Origin: an uncultured Candidatus Rokubacteria bacterium | Lineage (GTDB): Bacteria; Methylomirabilota; Methylomirabilia; Rokubacteriales; CSP1-6 | Assembly (NCBI GenBank): GCA_963758635.1 | Contig: CAVWWD010000003.1 | Span: 160,001-224,000, forward strand | Length of the DNA: 64,000 nt | Direction: 5' to 3' | Shown here: in pieces, positions 47,310 through 57,740 of the stretch | Layout of the letters: each line of letters opens with the position of its first letter | Position numbering within the stretch: position 1 is the stretch's first letter | Program-made: the position numbers and the translations under genes | Notes under the pieces: model-generated | What the model saw: the letters and a program-made list of their open reading frames with translations, nothing else | What the model was told of the DNA's origin: nothing | The model's database searches: none

Positions 47310-48077
47310 TCAGCGGGTCGTGACGGTGAGGCCGCCGTCCACCACGAGCGTCTGCCCGGTCACCCAGCGCGACTCGTCGCTGGCGAGGTACACGGCGGCC
47401 CAGCCCACGTCCCACGCCGTTCCCTCCACCCCGAGCGGGACGGATCGGCGGCGCCGCTCGCGGAGCTCCGGGCCGAGGTCCTCGACCATCGGAGTCCACA
47501 CCGGACCGGGCGCGATCGCGTTGACCCGCACGCCCTGCGGCGCGAGCTGCCCCGCCACGCTCGTCACGAAGCCGATCACCCCGGCCTTGGCCGCCGCGTA
47601 CGCGGTGCGCCCGTAGGCGCGGAGACCGGCCACCGACGAGACGCAGACGATCGAGCCGCCGCCGCCCTCGATCATGGCGGGGGCCGCGGCCTGGGTGGCG
47701 AGCAGCATGGACTTGAGGTCCACCGCCATCACGCGGTCCCACTCGTCCTCGGTGACCTCGAGGACCCCGGCGCGGGACTCGATGCCGACGTTGTTGTGGA
47801 GCACGTGGAGGGCGCCATGGCGCGTGAGGGCGGTGTCGACCATGCGCCGGCAATCCGCCGCGCGCGTCACGTCGGCCTCGAGCGGCGTGGCCTCGCCGCC
47901 CTCGGCGGCGATGAGCTTCGCCGTCTCCTCGGCGCGCACGATGTCCGCGTCCACGCAGAAGACGCGCGCACCCTCGCGAGCGAACAGGATGGCCGCGGCC
48001 TTGCCGTTGCCGAGCCCGGGCCCGCGGGAGCCCGCGCCGGTGACGATCGCGGTCTTGCCCGCGAGGCGATCACCCAC
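47310..48077 (-). CDS. SDR family oxidoreductase
   Basis: TGAGSRGPGLGNG, NNVG, YAAAK, VDGG. Confidence 0.93.
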   Translation of the reverse strand: MGDRLAGKTAIVTGAGSRGPGLGNGKAAAILFAREGARVFCVDADIVRAEETAKLIAAEGGEATPLEADVTRAADCRRMVDTALTRHGALHVLHNNVGIESRAGVLEVTEDEWDRVMAVDLKSMLLATQAAAPAMIEGGGGSIVCVSSVAGLRAYGRTAYAAAKAGVIGFVTSVAGQLAPQGVRVNAIAPGPVWTPMVEDLGPELRERRRRSVPLGVEGTAWDVGWAAVYLASDESRWVTGQTLVVDGGLTVTTR

Positions 48078-48130
48078 GGCGGACGTGCGTCCTGGAGAGA
48101 GAAGGCATGTGGCGCTCCTCGCGTGATGTG

Positions 48131-48245
48131 ATTAGCAGCCTCTGGCGGTGATCGCCACGCCCGGGGCCCGTCGTCATCGCGACATAATCGGGCGCACTCG
48201 GACGCTGACCACCCCAGGAACCTCCACGAGCCAATGCCACAGCGC
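48131..48245. repeat. Direct repeat copy R1 (about 115 bp)
   Basis: ATTAGCAGCCTCTGGCGGTGATC...CCGGGGCCCGTCGTCATCGCGACATAATCGGGC.CACTCGGACGCTGACC also present at 49730. Confidence 0.92.
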
Positions 48246-48289
48246 CGCGTCCGGGTGGCCGGGGGGGAACCCGCGTCGCAAGGCGTCCT

Positions 48290-48616
48290 CGCGGGCGCCC
48301 GGACCACGGCGCCCGCGGCGGCCCAGCCGCCCATCGATTGCGCGACGATGGCCGCCCGCGCGATGCCGAGGTGATCCAGCAGCGCGAGCGCGTCCGTGGC
48401 CAGCGTCGCCGGCCCGGGGCCGCCCGACGCGTCCGGCGACTGGCCGAAGCCGCGCTGGTCGACCGTGATGCAGCGATACTCCTCGGCGAACACCGGCACC
48501 TGCTGCCACCAGCTCAGTGGTTTCCGCCGGCGCCGTGCAGGAACAGCACCGCCGGGCCGTCGCCGCCCGAGTCCTCGTAGTAGAGCCGCGAGTCGTGCGC
48601 GAGCATGAAGGCCATC
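48290..48616 (-). pseudogene. Alpha/beta hydrolase, 5' fragment only
   Basis: LSWWQQVPVF..YRCITVDQRGFGQS...AQSMGGW, truncated shortly after the nucleophile motif. Confidence 0.78.
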
Positions 48617-48801
48617 GTGCGCCCCTCCTCGGCCATCGCGGTGTCCCCGCCGACCGGTACCCGGGCGATGGTGCGCCCCCGGCCGGGGCAAGGTCAAGCG
48701 CAGCGTGGGCCGCCCGCTTCCCGGGCGACGAAGGCGGGCCAACCTCGCGGCCGACAGAGCCGAACTCTGCGTCCAGGCGGTCGCTATGGTAGGTTGATGC
48801 C

Positions 48802-49059
48802 ATGAAGACTACCATCGACAAGGCAGGCCGAGTGGTGATCCCGGCGCAGATCCGGGAGCGCGCCGGCTTCAAGCCGGGGACGGAGCTCGAGGTGGTCCTG
48901 GATGACGTCTCCGTCCGCCTCATCCGCCGGGTCCCCGGCCCGAAGCTGGTCCGCGTCGACAAGCGCCTGGTCGCGCGCCCCAGCGTGCCGACCGCCCGGC
49001 TGCCGCGGCTGGACCTTGCCGATCTGATCGAGCGCGAGCGCGATCGCTGGCCTTGGTAG
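48802..49059 (+). CDS. AbrB/MazE/SpoVT antitoxin
   Basis: TTIDKAGRVVIPAQIRERAGFKPG. Confidence 0.9.
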   Translation: MKTTIDKAGRVVIPAQIRERAGFKPGTELEVVLDDVSVRLIRRVPGPKLVRVDKRLVARPSVPTARLPRLDLADLIERERDRWPW

Positions 49060-49565
49060 CACCGGCGCGGACGTTCTTCGATACCAGCGTGCTCCTCGGA
49101 GGGCTCATCGAGATGGGGCCCGCGTCCGAGGCGGCCCAGGCGATCATGGCGGCGATCGCCGGCGGCCACATTCGACGGCCTCACACGGCCTGGCACTGCT
49201 GCCTGGAGTTCTACGCCGTGGCGACGCGGCTACCCGAGGAGCTGAGACTCTCGCCGTCAGATGCGTGCCGATTGATCGAGGAGGAGATCCTGGCGCGATT
49301 CGAGATCCGGGAGCTGCCGGCCGATCAGCGGCGAGCCTTCCTTCAGGCCGCGGCCGGCGACCGCGTCGTCGGCGGACGGATGTACGACGCGCACATCGCC
49401 GAGATCGCCCGTCTGGCGCGCGCGCCCATGGTCGTCACGGACAATGTCCGACACTTCGCGGCGCTGCGCGGTCGGGGCGTCGACGTCATGAGCGCCACGC
49501 AGTTCGCGGCCGCGCACTTCCCGTCGTCAACACTCAAGGGGCCGCTCCGGCCTGAGACGCGATGA
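49053..49565 (+). CDS. vapC: VapC/PIN-domain toxin
   Basis: FFDTSVLL, EFYAVATR, GGRMYDAHIA, VTDNVRHF. Confidence 0.88.
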   Translation: MVAPARTFFDTSVLLGGLIEMGPASEAAQAIMAAIAGGHIRRPHTAWHCCLEFYAVATRLPEELRLSPSDACRLIEEEILARFEIRELPADQRRAFLQAAAGDRVVGGRMYDAHIAEIARLARAPMVVTDNVRHFAALRGRGVDVMSATQFAAAHFPSSTLKGPLRPETR

Positions 49566-49576
49566 CTCCCACGGGG

Positions 49577-49717
49577 GTGGAGCGGCGCATCTCGCTCGCG
49601 CACCTGACCGTGCTCGACACCACGCCCCCGGAGCTGGTCGGCGTGGCGGCGGCCGCGGGCTTTCGCAGCATCGGCATCCGGCTGACCGCCACGCCGAGCG
49701 TCGGCGTGCAGCCCTAG
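49577..49717 (+). pseudogene. Sugar-phosphate isomerase/epimerase (TIM barrel) 5' fragment
   Basis: ISLAHLTVLDTTPPELVGVAAAAGFRSIGIRL, stop after 46 codons. Confidence 0.72.
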
Positions 49718-49729
49718 AGCGAAGCCGAC

Positions 49730-49877
49730 ATTAGCAGCCTCTGGCGGTGATCGGCGGTGATCGCCTCGCCCGGGGCCCGTCGTCATCGCGACATAATCGG
49801 GCACACTCGGACGCTGACCGCCGCAGGAACCCCCAGGAGCTCGCAGGAACCCCCAGGAGCAGCCGATGCGACAGCAC
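49730..49877. repeat. Direct repeat copy R2 with internal micro-duplications
   Basis: Homologous to 48131-48245; GGCGGTGATC x2 and GCAGGAACCCCCAGGAGC x2. Confidence 0.92.
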
Positions 49878-49901
49878 TGATCGGCGGAGCGGTCGGTCGG
49901 C

Positions 49902-50195
49902 CTACCCCGTGCGGAGCGCGGTCGTCACCGGCAGGCTGGCGGCGCGAATGGCGGGCAGCAGACCGCCGGCCATGCCGATGACCAGCGCCCACACCAGGCC
50001 CTGGGTCAGCAGCCCGCACGCCACCCGGAAGTCGAACGCGACCTGGGAGAACGTGTTGAAGTTCAGCGTCGAGAGCGAGGCGCCGTCGCAATAGACGTAG
50101 GCGAGGGCGCCGCCGCCCGCCCGCCCACCAGCGCCAGGGCCAGCGCCTCGATCATGACCGGCGCGCCGCCGAAGCCGATCGCGCGCAGGGTGGCC
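49902..50195 (-). pseudogene. ABC (FtsX/MacB-type) permease 3' fragment, copy 1
   Basis: STLNFNTFSQVAFDFRV...GGLLPAIRAASLPVTTALR; homologous to 60960-61445. Confidence 0.82.
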
Positions 50196-50451
50196 GGCGC
50201 CGAACAGGAGTTCTTCGAGAGAACCGATGTAGTCGCCCGCCGCGTTGAAGGGGCCGAGTACGCCCGGGAGCGAACCGCGGGCTGGCCGCGGCCAATCCGC
50301 CCGCGCGGCCACAGTTCCGATCACCGCGCCGACGGCAAACAGGTCTGCCTCGCGTGGTCGTCAGCCGCGAGGGGATACCGATCGGCTACGCGTGTTTGCC
50401 GGCACCGTGCGGACGTGACTCAACCTCGAGTGGCTGCGAGACGGGCCGGCG

Positions 50452-53400
50452 CTACCTGCTCGGTACCCCGTGCTGATCCGAACGGTCTTCTGAGGCGCCG
50501 CCCGCGTCCTCGCGTGAACCAGCGTGAGCATGAGCGTCGGCTCCGAGGCTCTCGACCACCCCCGTCGGAAGGGACGTGCCGGCGCTCGCGGCCGGGTCGA
50601 GCTGTCCGAGCTCGGCCTCGGCGCGGGTGAGCCACGAGGCCATGCCGAGCGCGCGGAACGCCTCGGCGGCGAGGGCGAGCTCGGCGCGAGCGCGGTCCGG
50701 GTGTCCGGCTCGGCGGTAGAGCGCGCCGAGGCCCAGGTGACAGCGCGCCGCGGTCGGCCGCATCGACAGCTCCTCGGCCAGCACGAGGGCCTGGCCGAAG
50801 TGCGTTTCCGCGCCGGCCACGTCGGGCGGGTCGCGACTGAGCCAGCGTCGCCCCCAGCGCGCGACGCGCCATGGCTTCGTTCCCGCGCTCTCCCAGCTCG
50901 CGAGCCAGCGTCGAGCGCCTCCTGGCCCGTCCGCCGCGCGTCGTCGAGCCGGCCCGCCAGCAGGTAGCCCTCGGCGAGATCGGCCAGGAGCACCGAGCTG
51001 CCGCTGCGAAAGCGGGTCGAGGAGGTATGGGCGACCGCCTGTTCCAGCAGCGGCACGGCGTCGGCCACTCGCCCGTCGAGCGCATGGGCGACCCCGAGCG
51101 CCCACGCGATGCGCGCGAAGAACGCCCAGAACTCCACGTCCTGGCACTGCGCGAGCAGCGGCTCGAGGATCGCGCGCGCCTCGTCGGCGTTCCCCTGGAA
51201 CAGGTGGACGGTCGCGAGGCCGTAGGCCGCGCAGATCCGCGCCAGGGGTCGGTCGAGCAGCTCGGCCTCGTCGAGCATCGCCCGGGCGACGGCGAATCCC
51301 TCCGCGAACTCGCCCTGAATGGCGAGGCTGACACCGAGCCAGTACTGTTCTCCCAGCAGCGGAGGCTGGAGCGGGACCATCGTGGTCGGGCCGCCGGGCA
51401 AGCTCCGCAGACAGCTCGTCATGGCGCGAGCGTGGCGCGCGCAGCCCGGGTAGTCGCCGGTGTGGTAGCAGACGCGCGCCAGCCCCACGTACGCCCAGGC
51501 CTGGCCGGTGAGGTCGGTGTGCCGCGCGGCCAACGCCAGCGCCCGCTCGCCCGTCTCCCGCGCCTCGGCGTACCGCCCGAGAAAGGCGAAGGCGGTCACC
51601 CGCGCGGCGAGGACCCGGGCGAGACCCTCCTCGTCGGCCAGCAGCTTCGGCGGCCTGCGCGGCCGCGTCGTAGTGCTCGAGGGCCCGCGCGTACTCGCTC
51701 AGGAACACGAGGGAGAACGCGAGGAGCATCCGCAGCTCGAACGCGCGCGCCTGTGAGACGCGCTCCGCGGGCAGATGGCTGACGGCCTCCAGGGCGGCCT
51801 CGGAGGCGGCGACGGCGTCTCGATAGGCGAAGCGCTCCACCGCGAGGCGAGCCGCCTCGTGCAAGTGGACCACCGCGCGATCCCACACCCCGGCGCGCTG
51901 GTAGTGCATGCCGACCGTGATCGGATCGGCGGCATCGCCGGTGCCCCGGCGCGTCATCCAGCGTCTCCGCGACGCGCCGGTGCAGGAGCGCCCGGCGCGG
52001 CGGGACCAGATGCTGGTAGAGCGCGTCCCGGATGCGGTCGTGCGCCAGCCGTGAGCTCGTCGGCGGCGGCGCGCAGCACGCCGCGGCGGATCAGCTCCTC
52101 GACGCCTCGACGGCGTCGTCGTCATCCAGCCCCGCCGTCCGCTGCAGCAGCGCGAAGTCGCAGCCCCGCCCGATGACCGCCGCCGCGCCGGCGAGCCGCC
52201 GGCTGCTGTCGCCGAGGCGCTCGACCCGCTGGATGATGACCTCCTGCACCCGCTCCGGCATCGCGAGACCCGCCCGGCCGGCTGGTCCACCCTCGCGGTA
52301 GGCCTGCACGCTCTCCACGACGACGAACGGGTTGCCCTCGCTCAGCCGCCAGACGTCCCGTCGAGCGTCGCCAGCTCGTCCGCGCGGCGCGCCGCGCGGC
52401 AGCAGCTGCTGCACCAGCTGGGAGGTGGCCGCCCGTGACAGCGGTGTCAGCGTCAGGGTCTCGAGGCGATGGGCTCGCGCGAGCTCCGCGAGCGTCTGGC
52501 CGAGCGGGCTCGCGGTGTCCACCTCCTCGCCGCGTCCCGTGAGCACGACCAGCGCGCGGTGCGGGGCGAGCCGCCGCCCCAGGAAGGCGAGGAGGCGCAC
52601 GCTCATCTCGTCTGCCCAGTGGACGTCCTCGAACAGCACCAGCAGGGGGTGGCGCGCGGCGGCGCGCGCCGCGAGCTCCGTCACGGCGTCGAAGAGCTGG
52701 CGGGGATCGAAGAGGTCGGGATCGGCAGGCGCAGGAAGGGGCAGCAGCCGGGCCAGCTGCGCGCGCTGGCGGGCGGGCAAGCCGGCGAGCAGCTCGGCGT
52801 CCTCGGCCACGCGGCCGGTCCGGAAGGCCTCGACCCACAGGCCGAACGGCAGGCCGCGCTCCGACTCGTGCGCGTGGCCCACGAGCAGCCTGCCCCCACG
52901 GCGCGCCGCGTCCGCCGCCAGCTCGGCGACGAGTCGGCTCTTGCCGATCCCGGCCTCGCCGAGCACGGCGATGACCCGGCCGGCGCCGGCCCACGCCGCA
53001 TCCAGCGCCGCCTCGAGCGCGGCCCGCTCGCGTTCCCGCCCGACCAGCGGGCCCTCGACCGGCACGAGCAGCGGCGGCAGTTCCTGCGGCCGGGGCGGCT
53101 CGCGCGTCGGCGTCGAGGGGCGGGACGGCGGCGGGCCGCGCCCGGCGCTGGATGTCCTGGTAGAGGAGCTTCGTCTCCTCGTCGGGCTCGACCCCGAGCT
53201 CGCGCTGGAGCGCGGCCACGCACGTCTGGTACTGCCTGAGCGCGGCGCCCCGGCGACCGAGGTCCGCGTACAGCCGCATCAGCGTGCGGTGGATCGACTC
53301 CTGCAGCGGGTCGAGGGCGAGCAGGCGCAGGGCCGTGTCCACCGCCGCCTCCTGGGCGCCAGCCGCTCGCTGATGGGCACAGAGCCGGGCCAGCGCCTCG

Positions 53401-53863
53401 ATCGCTCGCTCGCGCAGCCGCTCGCGCTCCGCGGCGAGCCACTCCTCGAACGGCGGGGCCTGGACCACGAGCCCGGCCAGCAGGTCGCCGCCGTACAGGG
53501 CCGCGGCCTGCTCGAGCGCCGCGGGCGTGCCGTCCGCCACGGCCTGCTCGAAGCGCCGCGACATCGACCTCCACCCGCGCGGGGTCGAGCGCCACCGCGT
53601 CACCGTCCAGGCGCAACGGTCGGCGTCCGGCAGCGCGCCGGCGGAGATCGAAGAGGACCTGCCGGAGGCTTCGCCGGGCGCGGGCGGCCGGCAGGTCGCC
53701 CCACAGCAGGGCGCCCAGCTGCTCGCGCAGATGGCGTTCCCCGACCGGGCAGCGCCAGGTAGGCCAGCAGGGCCTGCCTCTTGCCCCCCAGTGATGGAAG
53801 GGGCGTGCCGTCCTCCCGCCGGGCGTCGAATCGGCCGAGAAGCCGGAGGCGCAGAGCGACCAC
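50452..53863 (-). CDS. SARP/BTAD + AAA ATPase + TPR transcriptional regulator (multiple frameshifts; 3' end uncertain)
   Basis: LRLRLLGRF, FEEWLAAERERLRE, ALDPLQESIHRTLMRLY, LVGRERE, GEAGIGKSRL, EDVHWAD, SEGNPF, C-terminal TPR-like helices. Confidence 0.85.
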
Positions 53864-54284
53864 CTCCTTTCCCGGCTCAGAACAATAGCACGCGCCGCCT
53901 GGCCTCAGCGTGACGAGGCGGTGTCGACGCCCGCCAGATGACGCGTCCCGATGACGCCCGCGAATGACGCCTCCGCTCCCGACGACTCGCTGACGCCGTG
54001 CCCGAGCATGCTCGCGCCCGTGAGCTGATACCACGGCGTTCGCCAGCTATCTGGTCCGGGCCGCGCAGGACGACACCGGAGCCGTCGCGGGAACCATCGT
54101 TCGGGTTCGCGGCGGGGAGCGCATTCCCTTCCGGGGTATCGACGGCGCGGTCCGGACGCTCGCCCGCCTGCTGGCCGCCGACCTCGGCGCGTCCGGCGGC
54201 GGCGACCGGCGGCCCGCGGATGCGCCAGCAGGAGCGCCCAGGAGATCCGACCGACGTCAGCGACACCGACACAGGAGAGGAACG

Positions 54285-57200
54285 ATGAGCACGAATCACG
54301 ACCGCCACGTGGACGACACCGACCGCAATGACGACGCCCTGGTCTGCCGACCTCCTCTCCAGCCCGGTATCGCGGCGGTGGCTGCTGAAGCTCTGCGGCA
54401 GCGCCGCCGTCGGCCTCGCCGCCGCGGAGGTCTTGCCGTTCGGCCTGGCGGCTCGCCGGCGCGCCCGACGCGGAGGCGAAGGGCAAGCCCAAGACAGCAC
54501 GGGGCACCCTGCATTTCGCGCTCGGGGCCCTGCCCGGCGTCACGGAGCTCACGCTCCATGCCTCCGCCGGGAGCGCGTCATGCGCTCCGGCCTCACACCG
54601 CCGCGACCGCGCGGCCATCTCGCGCGCCAGCGGGGGCGTCTGGGCCCAAGCTCGACCACCGCGTGCTCACGCACTTCGTCGCCGACGTCGAGCTGCCCGA
54701 CCGGCGCGGGATGCTGTTCTCGGTGCACGGCCGTCGCGGCGACCGCGACGTGCTGGTGGCCCAGACGTGGCACGTGCCGCGCGCCCACACCGTCCGCGTC
54801 GCCCGGGCGCTCCGCCGGGCCACCGGCTCTCACGAGGCCGCGGCCGGCTCGCCGCAGCGGCTCCGCCGGCTCGGCGTGGGCACGCACCACGCCCTCGGCA
54901 GCGCCGACGACATCGCCGACCTCGACGCCATCGTCGACGCACACCCAGACCGCCGTGGCGTTCACCATGTGTCACCCCAGCGTGTCCACCATCGACCCGA
55001 CCGCGGCGGCCGCCACCAAGATGCTGCTGGGCGGCACCCCGGCGGTCGCCACGCTCGGCGCGTACATCGACGTGATGCAGAACCGGAACGGCGACGACTG
55101 GGCGACCCTGGAGGACATCACGGACGCCGACGGGAGCCCCAGCCAGTTCACGATCGGCGGCACCACGACGACGCTGCAGACCATCGTCCTGAACCGGACC
55201 GATGCCACCTTCGTCCAGGCCGCCGGCAGCGCGGTCACCGCCGGCATCGTGGGGGTCCGCGACACCGCCCCCTGGGCGAGGTCATCGATCAGCCCCTCGA
55301 GCAGGTCAAGACCACCGCCACCTGGGTCCAGCCGCAGGGGCTCCTGCCCGAGACCCTGCCCCAGCAGCGTCTGCTGCGGGCTGCGCCGACCGTCCACCTG
55401 AAGCATCGGGGCACGCAGTTCGGCACGAAGGTCACGGTGCGCGGGCCCTTCCAGAACTGCCAGGTGCCGCTGCGCGTGTACAACAACTTCGTCCGCTGGG
55501 TCAACGTCTACGTGCAGTACCTGGATGCGCGCGGCCAGAACCTCTCGCTCAATCCCAACCCGACGGGTCAGGACACGAAGTACGCCCAGCACCTGGCGCT
55601 CATGCCCCAGGTCTTCACCGTGCTCGGGCGTCCCGATCTGGGACACGAACCACGTGGACGTGACCCTGACCTTCCCCCCGGGCGCCGTCACGGCGCGGCT
55701 GTTGATGTGCGGCCTGGGCTCGGACTTGCTGGGCGGTAGCTGGCGCAAGTACTTCCCGGCCGACGCGTACCATGGCCGGATCGCTCCTACCGACGAGGTG
55801 CTCGCCGCGGCACTGACCACCGGGCTCCTCACCATCGGCGTCAACGTCTTCGCGCTCGCCACCGACATCCAGGTCACCGCCGCCTGGAGCGAGATCAGGT
55901 CGACCCTCCAGCAAGACATCAGGCAGTGGGAGGTCTCCTTGAAAGATGCGCTGAACGGGATCCTGCAGAACGCGAGTCGCGGCTGGGCGATCGACGAGCA
56001 GGTGGCGGCAGCAACCGTCGCGGGAGCCGCCACGTACGCACTGATGGAAGAGAACCGGTTCAGCGCCGCCAACATCTGGAACGTGCTCCTCGCTCTGGCC
56101 AAGACACTGCCGAAGCTGCTCTTCAATCCAGCAGTCGTCGGTCCACAGCTCGTGCAGATCGGCTTCGAAATCCTGGGCGTGGAGGCGCTCGAAACGGCAC
56201 TGAAAGCCGTTCCCATCATCGGCCAGGTGCTGGCGGCGGTCGCCCTGGCCGGGGACATCGCGACCCTGGCCGAGGTCGGCCTGGAGACGGCGCTGTCGCC
56301 CTGGGTCATCGAGAACGAGGTGAGCGCCACCTACACGGCCACCGTCACCATCGCGCGCGACCCCCGGGCCGCGACGTTCCCCGTGACGGCCACCGCCTGG
56401 CGCTGGAGGCGATCATCGACGGGGCCACCGGGCTGGTGTCGACGACGGGCACGATCAACGCCGGCGGCCGCATCGAGTCGGACCCGATCGTGGCGACGGT
56501 GCCCGGCGTGCCGTTCGGGGGCACCACCATCCAGTGGAGCCTCGTCCTGACCGACGAGGGTGGCCGGCAGGTCGGCACCGGCGCCTCGGCCAAGCTGGCC
56601 AACAACGACGCGGCGCAACCCCCGGAGAGCGTGGCGTTCGCCATCACGGAGCTGCCGGCCGCCCTCACGGAGCAGACGCGGTTCGTCCGGGCCGACACCA
56701 CGACCTGGAGCCCGACGGCCGGCGGCCCCACCTGGTCCAACACCGTCACCGACCAGGGCACCCGGGTCCGGAGCGATCTCCAGGAGGTCACCGGCATCAC
56801 CGTCTCCACCCTCCACGGGCAGGTCGGCTACGTCTGGAAGCAGAACGACCGCTACTACATCCGCAACGCCCCCATCGCCGAGAACGGCAACACCATCCGG
56901 CTGCTGGTCGGGCAGACGGAGGGCTTCGCCCGGCGGCCGTTCCTGCTCTACGACTCGTTCGTCGGCCCCGAGGACGGGGGCGAAGCAACCACGTGCTGCT
57001 CGAGCCGGACGCCACCGGCGACGGCTACCACGTGCGCCGTCTCGCCTTCGACCCGGCGGCGCGGCGTCCTCACCTGGGATCCCGCCACCTCGTGGGGCTT
57101 CTTCCCGGCGCCGATCTCGGCGGCGGCCCTGCACGCGGGCGGCCGCATCGTCACGGTCGACGCCAACAGCGGGCGCCTGGGGCTGCTCGCGCCCTACCCG

Positions 57201-57740
57201 GTCAACGTCGGTGTGGGGGCCGGCCCGCCCTGGCCAGCTACAAGGCCGGGCCGGGCACGCAGCCCGGCCTGCTCCAGTCGCCGGTCGCCGTGGCCATCAC
57301 CAACCCCGGCGTGGTGCTCATGCTGGAAGCCGGCGCCAACCAGGTGGCCGCCTTCGACCTCAACGGCGACCCGCTGAAGTACTTCTCCGGCGGGGACGGC
57401 TACCGCCTGCCGCTCGCCGCGGCCGGCACGTACCTGGACCTGGCCGTCGACGGCAGCGCCTTCATCTACGTGCTGTACTACACCGGCGACGGCACCGCGC
57501 CCGGCGACTACCACATCGACGTCTACACCCCGACGGGCACGCCGCTGGTCACCCTGAGCCCCGGCATCAACGTGGCCCGGCTGGCGGTCGACTTCTGGCG
57601 CAGCGTCTACGGCGTCAACTTCACGGCCCTCGACCCGCGTGGATCCGGCCCTCGGCGTGCTCGAGCCCTCCATCAGCCGCTTCGATCCCGTGACGCCTGC
57701 GCTCGGCGGCGCGGGGAGGAGAGGCAGGAGACGGTCATGA
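54285..57740 (+). CDS. Large putative Tat-exported protein with hydrophobic helical middle and beta-propeller-like C-terminus (many frameshifts)
   Basis: AGGAGAGG SD; SRRWLLK plus hydrophobic stretch; protein-like segments stitch across frames; C-terminal SPVAVAI/YLDLAVDG/LAVDFWR blades; stop overlaps the next ATG. Confidence 0.65.
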
